NCBI RefSeq assembly: GCF_018350175.1
Contig: NC_058368.1
Coordinates: forward strand, 25,484,001-25,548,000
Source of the DNA: Felis catus
Taxonomy: Eukaryota
Reading direction: 5' to 3'
DNA: 64,000 nt
A program made the position numbers and the translations under genes. Positions 26,446 through 38,238 of the stretch are shown in pieces. The notes beneath the pieces were generated by a model. That model did no database searches, was not told the DNA's origin, and was given only the letters and a program-made list of their open reading frames with translations. Numbering within the stretch: position 1 is the stretch's first letter; each line of letters opens with the position of its first letter.

Positions 26446-29400
26446 GCAGGGGAGGGGCAGAGAGAGAGGGAGACACAGAACCCGAAGCAGGCTCCAGGCT
26501 CCGAGCCATCAGCACAGAGCCTGACGCAGGGCTCGAACTCTCAGACTATGAGATCATGACCTGAGCCCAAGTCGGACGCTCAACTGACTGAGCCACGCAG
26601 GCACCCCAGCTCTCTGTATTTTTTTAAAATTAAAAGGGATTTCTCACTAAAAATCGGTACCTTATTTTTATCGAGGGAGCAAAAAACATTACCTCCGACT
26701 TCTAAAGAAAAGCTGTTACTGCCACGCAAAACACAGGAATGGCCTATCCCTAAGCCCAGCATATGTTTAAGATATTAAAGGGAGTATGGATATTTTTCTC
26801 CGCTTTTCCCCAACAAAGGGTAAAATCAAAGCAAAAGCACCTTCACACATGCTGCACCCTGACCGTGCATAAGTGTAATGCCCTCAGCACGCTGCTACAT
26901 AAGGTTCTGACATCTGTCAGAATCCCCTAGTAGACTGAAGGCTCTGAGGGCAGGGTCCTTATCGTACCCATTTTTGGACTCTAAGCACGGAGTACGCCAA
27001 TTGGCAGAAGGTAGAGGCATAGTGGATGCCGGTTAACTAATAGGAACAAAAAGGAGAGGAAGGGACAGAGACAAACATCTTAACAGGAATGAAAAAGCAA
27101 CTCCTGCCTAATTTCTATTTTGTTTAATTAGTTTATTCCCTTGGGGCACCTCGGTGGCTCAGTCGGTTAAGCGTCTGACTTCGGCTCAGGTCATGATCTC
27201 GAAGTTCGTTGAGTTCGAGGCCCACATCGGACTCTGTGCTGACAGCTCAGAGCCTGGAGCCTGCTTCGGATTCTGTGTCTCCTTCTCTCCCTGCCCCTCC
27301 CCCACTCATTCTCTCTCTCTCTCTCTCTCTCTCAAAAATAAACATTTAAAAAAATGTTTAATTAGCTTATTCCCTTGCCTTACTCCAGAAAGGATTGAAG
27401 GAGGCAGTTTCCCTGTTATTATCAGTAAGATCATCCACCTTACCACACTTATGTCTAACTGTAGTAAGGAAATATTTCCATCACTGTATCCTGAAATCAA
27501 GTTAGCAGATAACATCACACGTTCAGATATAGGTCATTAATGAGTAGACCTGTACAGAACTTGCAGCCTCTCGATTTTTTAATGGACCAACAAAACCAGG
27601 GAAGATTTTCAATGAAAAATGAAATTCACATGTATCCGAGCCTACATTTTTTTTCTGCTTAGTCACCAAAGACCTTGTCTCCACAACGAGCTCTACTTTT
27701 GATGTCCTTATCAGTGGGAGATCCTCCCTCATGGGAGGGCCTTCATGGCACTCAAACTGCAAACATTTGTTTACAAAACTGTTACATTCGCGGACTTGCA
27801 TTATCTGAATGTTGTTCCCAGTAAGAAAATGTGGGGCGAGTGTGCCTATCAGATATGGATAGCACTGCTTACTTTCAAAACATCCGTTGGATTAGCGATG
27901 GTTGAGGATATGACTCCAGAGAGAATTCCACACACCACATTTATCAGTAGAGTTTCATCTATAAACAAGCACATATTATTCAACTTTTCATTATCAGTAA
28001 CTCAAACATAGGTGCAAACTCATTGGCATACCTCTTGTATATCTTAAGGGAATAATTAAATTTCTGCTTTATGAATCAAGCCATTTTTAAAATGTTAGGA
28101 ATTCTGCTGGCTTATCAGGACTTTGCCTAGCAAAATCACTTGACATCTATTTGCTCTCGATTTGTTTTTGTTTTTGAAAAATATTTACTTATTTATTTAA
28201 GTGATCTCTACACCCAGTATGGGGCTCGAGCTCATGACCCAGAGATCAAGAGTCGCACACTCTTCCGACTGAGCCAGCCAGGCGCCCCAAACTTACTTGA
28301 CATCTAAAAAGGGACGTGAAGTATCGTGCAAAGTGAGCAGCCATCTGCCAATTCACTTTTATGTGTAAATGCGTATCACTGTACTAAGATGAAGTATATC
28401 TCATAAGAGAACAAAAAAGATACACTCCGGGGCACCTGGGTGGCTCAGTCGATTAGGCACCCGACTTCGGCTCAGGTCATGATCTCACGGCTCGTGAGTT
28501 CGAGCCCCGCGTCGGGCTCTGTGCGGACAGCTCGGAGCCTGGAGCCTCTTTCGGATTCTGTCTCCCTCTCTCTCTGCCCCTCCACCACTTGCACTCTGTC
28601 TGTCTGTCTCTCTCTCTCAAATATAAATAAGCATTAAAAATCTTTAAATAAAATAACATAAAAGTAAACTTAAAAAAAAGATACACTCCTATGAGATAAC
28701 CATGAAGATAAAGTTTTAAAGCACACCATATATATTTAATTTGAAGTGTACTAAAGTGCTAAAGCATCTCAGCCCCTGCTGACCACTCTCACGCAACAGT
28801 CGGCTGGCGCTCAAGAATTCAGTTCTTAATACTACGAAAGGTATTCACTGCTTTCCTGAAAAAAATCCTGATTTTAGAAAATTTTAAGTGGGCTAGAACT
28901 ATAACAACATGTCCTCTAGTCTAGGAGTTCTGGAGATGAGGATAACTAAAATATTTGTAGAGATTGCTCCTTTTAACTGCTGTTCCCCTTAATTCAGCCA
29001 AGAACTGACTTGCTTTGGGGTACCTGGGTGGCTCGGTCGGCTAAGCGTTCGACTTTGGTTCAGGTCCTGATCTCACGGTTCGTGAGTTCAAGCCCCGCAT
29101 CAGGCTCTGCGCTGACAGCTCAGAGCCTGGAACCTGCTTCAGATTCTGTGTCTCCCTCTCTCTTCCCCTTCCCCTGCTGGCGTGTGTGCATGTGTGCACA
29201 CACTTGCGCTCTCCCTCTGTCAAAAATAAACAAACATTAAGAAAAAAAGAGAACTGACTTACCTTAAGCGCGGTTCACTCAGACTTTATACCCAGAGTTC
29301 TCTTCAGCAGTAAAGTCACAATTAGGCTCAAGAAAATCTGATCTTGACCAACAAAGTCACACAACCAACCCACCTCCTGTCCACAAGGAGAGAAAAGATT

Positions 29401-29678
29401 CTTCACTCACCTTCTGGGTGCTCAACAAGCAGTCGCTTCAAGCTCTGGTAAGTGCCTATCTTGATGGTGCCATAGGAAGCCTGGCGTAACATCGCAGGGG
29501 CAATCCTGTCAAACCAATGGACAAGAGCCCAAGAAATTCTAAAAACCAGGCACCTGGGTGGCTCAGTTGTTAAGCTCCTGACTTCGGCATACGGCATGAT
29601 CTCACTTCATGAGTTCGAGTCCCCCATCTGATGAGCTCAAAACCCCACTTTGGGTGAGCCCTGTTGCTCTCCCTCCCC

Positions 29679-29716
<38 letters not shown>

Positions 29717-29840
29717 CTCACTCACGTGTGCCCTCTCGAAAAGAAAAGAAAAGAAAAGAAAAGAAAAGAAAAGAAAAGAAAAGAAAAGAAAAGAAAAGAA
29801 AAGAAAAGAAATTCTAAAAAGCACTTTAAATCCTCTAGAA

Positions 29841-29876
<36 letters not shown>

Positions 29877-32800
29877 TAGTGGCCTTCCACAATCAAACTA
29901 CACTCAAGCCGATTTCTCGAAATTCAAAATCTAACAAAAATATACTGGGGTTCGGTAAAATGTGTGCAAATTAATAGTTCACTAAGTGAAAGTTCAGCCC
30001 CCTGTAGTTATCCTTAATGAAAATGTAAGTGAACACGGAGTTCTATTCAAATGAAAGGGCTGTCCTTTCTCGGGACAAAGCGCCTCGAGAAATCTGCCCT
30101 CGGCGAGCATCTATCACTCTTCAGTGGCGGCTCTAGAGCTCAATTCCCACCTCCTCGGAGGCCCTGCCCCAGTTACTTCCTCTCCCTCTCTTGGCCATCC
30201 TGAGCCCAGAACCACCCTGGGGCAGTTATCTGCCCCGGCTGATCCTCCTCGTCCCTCTCCCCTCGCCATCAAAACTCCCCTCACCAAGGTGACCAACTGA
30301 CATCCGCTGTCACTGCATCAAATGATGTGTTTCACTTAGTATCTTACATAACCTCTCCGCGGTACTTGCTGCCGTCCGCCCTTTGTCCTCCGTGCTGCGG
30401 TCTCCTCCCTGAGCTCCGTTACATCCCCCTCTCCCGTTTCTTCCCTTTTCTCTACAGCCTCCCTACCTCTGTTTCCTGGGGTGTTCTGGGGAACTCTGTC
30501 CTAGGCTCTCTCTTCTCTCCCCGCTCCACGCACTCCCTGGGTGAGCTCGTCTACTCCCATGGCTTCTACCACCGTCCAAGACTGATGACTCCGAAATTCC
30601 TGCTTCCTGCATCGATCCAACGATGCATTTCCAACTGCCTCGTAGATGTCTCAATTCGCATGTCCCCCCCCCCACCCCCAGATCCAGTGTCCCACACAGA
30701 GCTAAGTGTCCTCCCACCCCAACCAATCCGCTCTCCTCTTTGTTTCCTGACCCAGAAAATGGAACGTCCATCAACACCTTGGCTGAAAACCAGAAATCAA
30801 GACATTAGCCTTGTCCCCTGCTTCCTCCACACCCCCTCGTCTATTAGGTCACGTATCAGGTCAACCCTATGCCCTAAACAAGCCCTCTTCTTTCTCTCTG
30901 TCCCCAAGACAATCCCTCTGTTCAGAAAATCATTGTCTCTGCTTCCTGTGTGACAGCCTTTTTCCAGCGTTGTCAGTTCTCATTCTTTCTCCCTACGGCA
31001 GGCTGGCTTCTTTTTACCACCGAAACCCTATCATCTCAGTCCCCCTACTGAAAACCCCCCAGCACCTTCTGCCTGCCACAGGCACAGCAAACTCAAGCGC
31101 TTATGGGCACCGGGCAGACACCCTGAGTGCAGCGGGCTGGGTCTCATGCACCCTCGCACGTCCTGCGAGCGGCAGAGGTTTCGGTAAACCAGAGAAGGCA
31201 TCCTCGACGCCTGTTGCCGTTATCCTAAGTGAATGAACACGTGCCCAGATGTTGACTTTTCTCAAGAAAATGGACTCCCCGGTTTCCATGTGCAATTTCT
31301 CATAGTTGAAAATATCGGCTCGAGTGAGAAACAAAAACCTTGACTGGTAGGTAGGAGGGCTGTGAGGCACCGATTTGGGACCTGTGCTGGAGGTGTGCCG
31401 GAGGAAATCAGGATGCTTAGCGTGTCCTGAGGCCATCCGTGTCCTGACCCCGTATTACGGCTCCAACTCCAGCTCTTGCTACTCAACAACTCCAGCACTA
31501 TACCTACGCCGAATTACTCGCATGTCATTACTAGAATGTACCACGCTTTCTTGTGCGTACTGCTGACTTTGTATAAACACAGTCCCCCCTCCTTTTTGTT
31601 TTGTAAGTAGGCTCCACGGCTACTTAACAGCCCCAGTGTGGGGCTTGAACTCACAACCCTGAGATCAAGACCTGAGCTAAGATCAAGAGTCAGCTGCTTA
31701 ACCAACTGAGCCACCCAGGCTCCCCAGTACAGTTCCCTTCTAACTTCGCCTGGCGAACGCACTCTTCTTGACCCTTCAAGCTCAGACCCAGCACCCCTGG
31801 GGTCAAGCAGCCTTCCTGAAGCCCACCCCCTCCCCTGCCCCCACAGTCTGGGCTTGATGCCCGGCCTCTACCAGGCTCTGGTACTCGTTATCAGACTCCA
31901 CTGCAATCCCGCTGACACACCTACAGCCCCCCACTAACCGACAGCCCCTTCATGCCTGTGTGTTGCTGCTGACCCCATTTGTCCCCCGGATCCAGCCTCA
32001 CCCTTCTCTGTGATGCTCTGCGCCCTGAGAGGGTGGTGCCCACGGGTCATGTCACTCAGGCTCCCTGCCAGCTGACTTCAGGGGGGATTCCACCAGTAGA
32101 TGATGCGAGGGAGGGAGGAGGGGGAAGAGGTATTCTCTCCCTGGCCACTCCCAAAGCATCCCTCGACAACTACTGTTGGCTCCTTCCAGACGCCAGCCCT
32201 ACCAGGCTGTTAACGTCCTTGTCCCTCTGGGCCTAGGGTTGGTAACAATTTCTCACTTTGCTAGTTTCTGGGTACCTCGATATCCTTCCTCTGTTCCCTT
32301 AACCCGTAAGTAGCCCCTTCATTAAAGTCTTCCCATAGAGGGGCGCCTGGGTGGCTCAGTCGGTTAAGCGCTGACTTCGGTTCAGGTCACGATCTCACAG
32401 TTCGTGAGTTCGGGCCCCACGTACGTCAGGCTCTGGGCTAACAGCTCAGCGCCTGGAGCCTGCCTCAGATTCTGTGTCTCCCTCTCTCTCTGCCCCTCCC
32501 CTGCTCGCACTCTGTGTGTGTGTCTCTCTCTCAAAAATAAAATAAACATTAAAAAATTTTTGAAGTCCCCTCATAGAAACCACCCAAGTGAATTCTGTTT
32601 CCTGCAGGGACCCGGGCTCCCATAGGCACCTGTCTCACTCGCTTTCCCAGCCCACACCTTCAGCACACCGTTCACTAAATGCTGAATTACAGAAAAGTGG
32701 TTCACAACACTTACCCAGGGAGACTACTCTATCGTTTTCACTATAGCAAAAACCTTGGTAATTCAGAATAGCCAAGGGGAAGGGCTTTTTTTCAGAGTGA

Positions 32801-33825
32801 CATGGTGAATTATGGAATGTTTTGTGGCAACAAATGTACATTTTGCGTTATTAGCTGTATTTGAATACAATAAAAAAAACATACTTCCAACACAACGTTC
32901 GCTACATAAAAGGTATGTAGACAATAAGGTTGAAACGAAAAATGAAAAATCTACCAAGCTACTTGCTCTTTTCAAATACACTTCAAATGTCTACTTTTTC
33001 TCTATGAAGTCTTTAATTTCAGTTGATTCATTTAACAGGTCAATAGTCCAATATAAACGCACAAAGGTCTACTTACCCTGAATACAGGGCTCTCAGCCCT
33101 TCTTCTCTGCCTATCCGCACTAAGGCGTGCAACATTCCTCGATACCGGATTTCTCTAAAGTTTGCGTCATTTGTCTGGCCTTGAATCTGGAGCCGTGTCT
33201 TGGTTAAATCAATTGGAAAAGTACCTTAAAGTTTTTAAAAAAAGAAATATTTCACTTGATAAAAAGAAATTCCACCAAATAAAGAATACATGGTGATATA
33301 TTCCTGAGAAAATATTTCGACTGTAATGTAAACTAAGAAACAGAATTAAGAAATGGCAGATACTTTGCAATCTTTTTTCTATTAAAAAAAAAATCAGAGG
33401 GGTGCCAGGTGGCTCAGTTGGTTAAGCATCCAACTCTTGGTTTTTTTTCATTTTTTTTTTTAATGTTTTATTTATTCTTGAGAAAGAGAGAGACACAGAG
33501 TATGAGCGAGGGAGAGGGGCAGAGAGAGAGGGAGATACAGAATCCAAAGCAGGTTCCAGGCTCTGAGCTGTCAGCACTGAGCCCGACGCGGGGCTCGAAC
33601 TCACAAGCAGTGAGATCATGACCTGAGCTGAAGTCGGACACTTAACCGACGGAGCCACCCAGGCACCCCAAGCATCCAACTCTTGATTTTGGCTCAGGTC
33701 ATGATCTCACGCTTCGTGAGATAGAGCCCCGTATCTGCGTTGGGCTCTACGACAGTGTGGGGCCTGCTTAGGATTCTCTCCCTCTCTCTCTCCCTCTCTC
33801 TCTCTCCCTCCCTCCCTCCCTCCCT

Positions 33826-33870
<45 letters not shown>

Positions 33871-35086
33871 CCAACCTCTGACCCCCTCCCTGGCTCACAC
33901 ACACACACTCTCTCAACATAAACATTTTTTTTAAATTAGGAACCAAAAGATTAAAAATACACCAAAAAGTGCATAAACGTATTTTCCTTTCTTTACATTT
34001 TTATTTGGTTCCCATCTTACTCTACATAGGATTTGAGCGGCTGCATCGCTGTAAAAAAAAAAAAAAAAAAGGTACAGGGAATGATTTACACCAACAGGAA
34101 ATCCATTTTAAAATATGTTACCATCTTTTGCATGTGTGAAGGCTAAAATCAGGTCCAATATGAAAGAGGAGGGGTAAGCTCATTTGCTAAGGGAGTTTCT
34201 CACTCTGTGTTCTGCAGTCTAGAAGTAAACCCGTGAACGCAGGTACAGATGTTAAACACGGCGCCCAACAGGTAGTCTACCTGAATTCTGAACACTGTCG
34301 GTAAACTCGATTCGCCGTGGAACGGAGAGCCCACCCCACAGGGAACCAAGTGGGTGGGTGGTTAACGCGCCTTAACCCCTCAGCCCCGGGCCTCACCGGC
34401 TCCCCAGGGGCAGCCTCTGTCCCAGGACGGCAGCGCCCGGGCCCTGGAAGCAAATGACGCGTCCAGCCCAGCACCTGGCATTCGGCAGCTGCACAATCGG
34501 TATCCGGTGAAGCAATTCCGACAGGGAACAGACAGCGATCAATGGGGTCTGATGTGGAACTGCACTGGAAGAGGAAGCCACCAGTACAACGTGGACCGTG
34601 TGCGTAATTACGGACTGACTGCACAATGACAGTCAGATCTGGCCCCCTTGGCCTCCTGTGCCAACGGTGGCCAAGTGGCGAAAAGCACAAGGAAAACAGG
34701 GACAGAGGGACCCTCGGAATGACTGATAAAACTCGTTTGATTACCAGGTTCCACTTTCTCCACACCGAACTTTGGCCCCTAAACTGCTGGGAGCCAAAAT
34801 GACTGTTTGTCTGAAAAAAAACATACCAAAAGGAGGGTGTTTTGAAATCGGAGATTAACGTGTCATATTCTCGCATTCTGTGTGTCACCTCCAATCACAT
34901 CAAACACCAGAGAGCGACCTTAACTTTTAATTGGCATCACGTGCCGCACGTGATCGACACCCCCCCCCCCCCGACAACGCCATCCAGGTGGGGGGCGGGG
35001 AGGGGGTGGAGGGGCACCTTACCACATTCGGCCGTGATGGAGGCCAGCCCTCCGTACACGAAGGGCTTCCAGTTGAGGGCCGACAT
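21260..35086 (-). CDS. SLC25A30: SLC25A30 (KMCP1/UCP6) spliced CDS, 291 aa; coding exons 35086-35023, 33224-33077, 29505-29411, 27958-27873, 25749-25654, 24796-24672, 23997-23859, 22319-22239, 21301-21260
   Basis: Exon lengths 64+148+95+86+96+125+139+81+42=876 nt, all GT-AG and phase-compatible, with no internal stop. Protein runs [32 protein letters not shown]...[19 protein letters not shown]. It has three carrier signature motifs ([24 protein letters not shown]) and matches the recalled mammalian SLC25A30 sequence. Confidence 0.97.
21302..22238 (-). other. SLC25A30: U12-type (minor spliceosome) GT-AG intron, last intron of SLC25A30 (937 nt)
   Basis: 5' splice site GTATCCTTTT (U12 consensus RTATCCTTT). 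Branch-like GCCTCAAC at 21321-21314, 12 nt before the exon, with no polypyrimidine tract. Confidence 0.88.
22239..22319 (-). CDS. SLC25A30: SLC25A30 exon 9 (81 nt)
   Basis: ataacag|ACA TGG AAG... [27 protein letters not shown]; donor ATT|gtatcctttt. Confidence 0.96.
23203..23430. repeat. Compound (AT)/(ATAC)/(GT) low-complexity repeat in intron 8
   Basis: Read directly. Confidence 0.9.
23859..23997 (-). CDS. SLC25A30: SLC25A30 exon 8 (139 nt)
   Basis: tttttcatag|C TCA AGC... [46 protein letters not shown]; donor CAG|gtgaga. Confidence 0.96.
24672..24796 (-). CDS. SLC25A30: SLC25A30 exon 7 (125 nt)
   Basis: cttacccag|GGC GTG... [41 protein letters not shown]; donor CT|gtatgt. Confidence 0.95.
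25654..25749 (-). CDS. SLC25A30: SLC25A30 exon 6 (96 nt)
   Basis: tctctag|ATA CGG ATG... [32 protein letters not shown]; donor AAG|gtaagc. Confidence 0.96.
27873..27958 (-). CDS. SLC25A30: SLC25A30 exon 5 (86 nt)
   Basis: tttatag|AT GAA ACT... [29 protein letters not shown]; donor AAA|gtaagc. Confidence 0.96.
29411..29505 (-). CDS. SLC25A30: SLC25A30 exon 4 (95 nt)
   Basis: ttgacag|G ATT GCC... [31 protein letters not shown]; donor G|gtgagt. Confidence 0.96.
29548..29805 (+). mobile_element. SINEC with (GAAAA)n tail, ~40 nt from the exon 4 acceptor
   Basis: TSD aagaaattctaaaaa at 29531-29545 and 29806-29820. Confidence 0.85.
30310..31900 (+). mobile_element. L2 LINE fragments (SLC25A30 intron 3)
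   Basis: L2-like tracts (actcccatggcttctacc...gatgactccgaaat, tccaactgcctcgtagatgtctc); strongly pyrimidine-rich. Confidence 0.6.
31958..32625 (+). mobile_element. ERVL-type LTR (LTR33-like) interrupted by a SINE
   Basis: gtaagtagccccttcattaaagtc...ctgtttcctgcagggaccc end motif. Confidence 0.5.
33077..33224 (-). CDS. SLC25A30: SLC25A30 exon 3 (148 nt)
   Basis: tttaag|GT ACT TTT CCA ATT GAT... [49 protein letters not shown]; donor GG|gtaagt. Confidence 0.96.
33399..33935. mobile_element. Nested SINEs: minus copy 33440-33669 inside a plus copy
   Basis: TSD aagcatccaactcttg at 33424-33439 and 33670-33685; the outer SINE resumes after it. Confidence 0.88.
35023..35086 (-). CDS. SLC25A30: SLC25A30 exon 2 coding part (whole exon 35144-35023)
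   Basis: ATG at 35086; [21 protein letters not shown]+G; acceptor tcccctttgtgtccag; donor G|gtaagg. Confidence 0.96.
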
Positions 35087-35112
35087 CCTCGCCACGGTCC
35101 CTTCTCCTTTGG

Positions 35113-35124
35113 TTAGAGGAACAT
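35113..35124 (-). promoter_or_regulatory. 3-codon uORF (ATG TTC CTC TAA) in SLC25A30 5' UTR
   Basis: Read directly within exon 2; its stop is 26 nt upstream of the main ATG. Confidence 0.7.
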
Positions 35125-36934
35125 AGCCTCCCACAGGGCTCCTCCTGGACACAAAGGGGAGGCATTTCAAAGTCGTGACTTCCCGCACAAGCAGTTTCCC
35201 CTTTACGCTTGTGTTCCATTTGGAGAGCATCGCAGACGAATGCCCTCCGTGCCCCCCCCAACCCCACTTCCCGAGGGGGGCTCACCTGCATAAAGCCAGG
35301 CCCAGCTCGCTACTAAACCGCATTTCATCCCGTTCAGACCTTAAGTAACGCAACAGGCTGGGAAGCTGAGATGGGGTATGTACTGAGCACAACGGAGGCT
35401 ATTTTCTGGGCTGTCCGGGGCTGTCCATTTTATCTCACATCTATTCACGTTCACGCAACAAATATTTGTTATTTGTTTGCCCCTGTCTCAGTGAGTCCCT
35501 CGGGTGCACCGAAAAAATGCTGCAACCCAGTGTCCTAAGGTGAAGTGACAATTACTGAAAAGGACCAAAATATACTTCTAGTTCACACTCTGTAAATGTT
35601 GGTGTTCTTCTCTTAACCGCATCGTGTTAATAGCTGGGAGGCAGCTCGGTATGAAGGAAAAAGGCGGACTCCGGGGTCAGAGCCACACCGCTTCCTTCCT
35701 GAGGAAGCTCCCGTTCATCTCTAGGTTTTTTTCTCCATCAATATCATCACCATCGAGGCAGCCAACACGACCAATTGGGGTTGGAGCCCATACTTTTATT
35801 TGCTAAACTAAATAAAATGCCAAGCTTTTAATCCTATTATGGGGATTAAATATGTATTTAAAAAAAATTTTTTTTTCAACGTTGATTTATTTTTGGGACA
35901 GAGAGAGACAGAGCATGAACGGGCGAGGGGCAGAGAGAGAGGGAGACACAGAATCAGAAACAGGCTCCAGGCTCCGAGCCATCAGCCCAGAGCCTGACGC
36001 GGGGCTCGAACTCACGGACCGCGAGATCGTGACCTGGCTGAAGTCGGACGCTTAACCGACTGCGCCACCCAGGCGCCCCTTAAATATGTATTTTTAAACT
36101 AGCACAGAAAAGACACTCAACAAATGCTGCCTTCCCTCTTCCTGTCACTTAGAAGGTGCTCACACATGCCTGCCATGCCAGGTCCCCCACATTCATGACA
36201 CATTCTGCAATTTTAGGCACTTTCAGTTGGTAAATCTGGCTTCATGTCCATTAACAGGAGAAACATGCAGATAAACACACTTTTTGTGTATATAATATTA
36301 ACCATAATTATTCTGGGTTTAAAATAAAATTTCGGGGGCGCCTGGGTGGCTCAGTGGGTTAAGCGTCTGACTTCGGCTTAGGTCATAATCTCACAGTTCA
36401 TGAGTTCGAGCCCCCCCATCGGGCTCTGTGCTGACAGCTCAGAGTGTGGAGCTTGCTTCAGATTCTGTGTGTCTCTCTCTGTCCCTTCCCCACTCGTGCT
36501 CTCTGTCTCTCTCAAAAACAAACATAAAAAAAAATTTCTTAAATAAAATCAAATTCCTAATTTATTATAGTCATTATTGGTAAGAGATACACCCAGTGTT
36601 TGTAATCTGCATGTTTTAGGAGTTTCTCAAGACCACATTTCTCAAGAAAAGTCACCATTGCCAAAAATGTCAGTTAACAACAAGGCCAGAGGGCTTGCTT
36701 AAACTAAGAAAAAAACACAAGGAACCCAAAGGAGACTGTAAATGGATCTACCTATAGCTATTCTCATTTATGGACATTAACCGAATTCAGACTGGCTACA
36801 AGTGAGTAAGATAAAAGGCTAAGAATGGAACCTGAAAATCATCATTTGCTTTATGTGTTTCAGGATCAAGAACAAACTGTGCCCCCCAACACTCATCTCA
36901 GCCCCTTATTATCCTCAAAAACATTTAGTTATAT

Positions 36935-36970
36935 CTGCACTTGATCTTAGCCAAAAGGCCGAGAACCGAT
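36935..36970 (-). pseudogene. RNU2: 3'-truncated U2 snRNA retro-fragment (U2 nt 1-36)
   Basis: Minus strand ATCGGTTCTCGGCCTTTTGGCTAAGATCAAGTGCAG vs recalled U2 5' end ATCGCTTCTCGGCCTTTTGGCTAAGATCAAGTGTAG (34/36). Possible short TSD CAGATAT. Confidence 0.9.
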
Positions 36971-37934
36971 AATATCTGAATGTAACTAATTCTTCGTCTT
37001 ACTAAATTCACAATTAATACTGTAGGTTAAATAAACTGTCAGAACACATTAATAATAAATCCAGTAATTCATTAACTGTCCAGTAATACCTTCCTTAATC
37101 CATTCTTGGATTCTCCTGAATTCAAGTTAAAAAAAAAAAAAAAAAAAAAAAGCAATAGGGGCGCCTGGATGACTCAGTTGGTTAAGTGCCGGACTTGATT
37201 TCAGCTCAGGTCATTAATATCACCGTTCCTGAGTTCGAACACCACACAGCCCTCCATGCTGACAGTGCAGAGCCTGCTTGGGATTCTCTCTCTCTCTCTC
37301 TCTGTCTCTCTCTGTGCCCCTCGACATTCTGTCTCACTCTCTCACACTAAACTTAAAAAAACAACAACAAAGCAATAACTACATAACAGTGATGTGTGGA
37401 AATGCTGTAACTTTAGAAAAGTGTCTGATATAAATGATTTCAGCGGATCCCCCAACAAGTTTGGGACAGGAGGACAGGAAAACAGACTAGGAAACGGAGT
37501 CCCAGCAAGGTGCCTTGTCCAAGGCCACATGGCTGATGGGGCAGAAATGGGGCTCCAACCCAAGTGTTCTTTTTTTTTTTTTTTTTAATTTTTTTTTCAA
37601 CGTTTATTTATTTTTGGGACAGAGAGAGACAGAGCATGAACGGGGGTGGGGCAGAGAGAGAGGGAGACACAGAATCAGAAACAGGCTCCAGGCTCTGAGC
37701 CATCAGCCCAGAGCCTGATGCGGGGCTCGAACTCACGGACCGCGAGATCGTGACCTGGCTGAAGTCGGACACTTAACCGACTGCGCCACCCAGGCGCCCC
37801 TCCAACCCAAGTGTTCTGATTCCAAGTACAGCATTCTTTCTGCTACCACCTGAGGCTGTATCCAATCATAAAGGAGTGATGGTGTTTTAATTAAGGAGAA
37901 AATATTATTAGGCAGCTTCAAAAAGGTACTACTG

Positions 37935-38238
37935 CAGAGAAAGACAGATACCATATGCTTTCACTCATATGTGTATCCTGAGAAACTCAACAGAAGACCG
38001 GGGGGAGGGAAAGGGTGGGGGGAGGAAAGTTACAGAGAGGGAAGGAGGCAAACCATAAGAGACTCTTAAATACTAAGAACAAACTGAGGGTTGATGGGGG
38101 GGGGGGGGAGAGTGGGTGAAGAGGGCACCTGTTGGGATGAGCACTGGGTGTTGCATGGAAACCAATTTGACAATAAATTTCATATAAAAAAATAAAGTAC
38201 AATATCTTTATTGTTATTATTTAAAAAAACAAAAAACC
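37935..38238 (+). mobile_element. 5'-truncated felid L1 3' end with 15-bp TSD
   Basis: Cat L1 3' UTR (gaggcaaaccataagagactctt...ggatgagcactgggtgttg...gacaataaatt). TSD aaaaaggtactactg 37920-37934 / aaaaaggtactattg 38239-38253. Confidence 0.88.
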
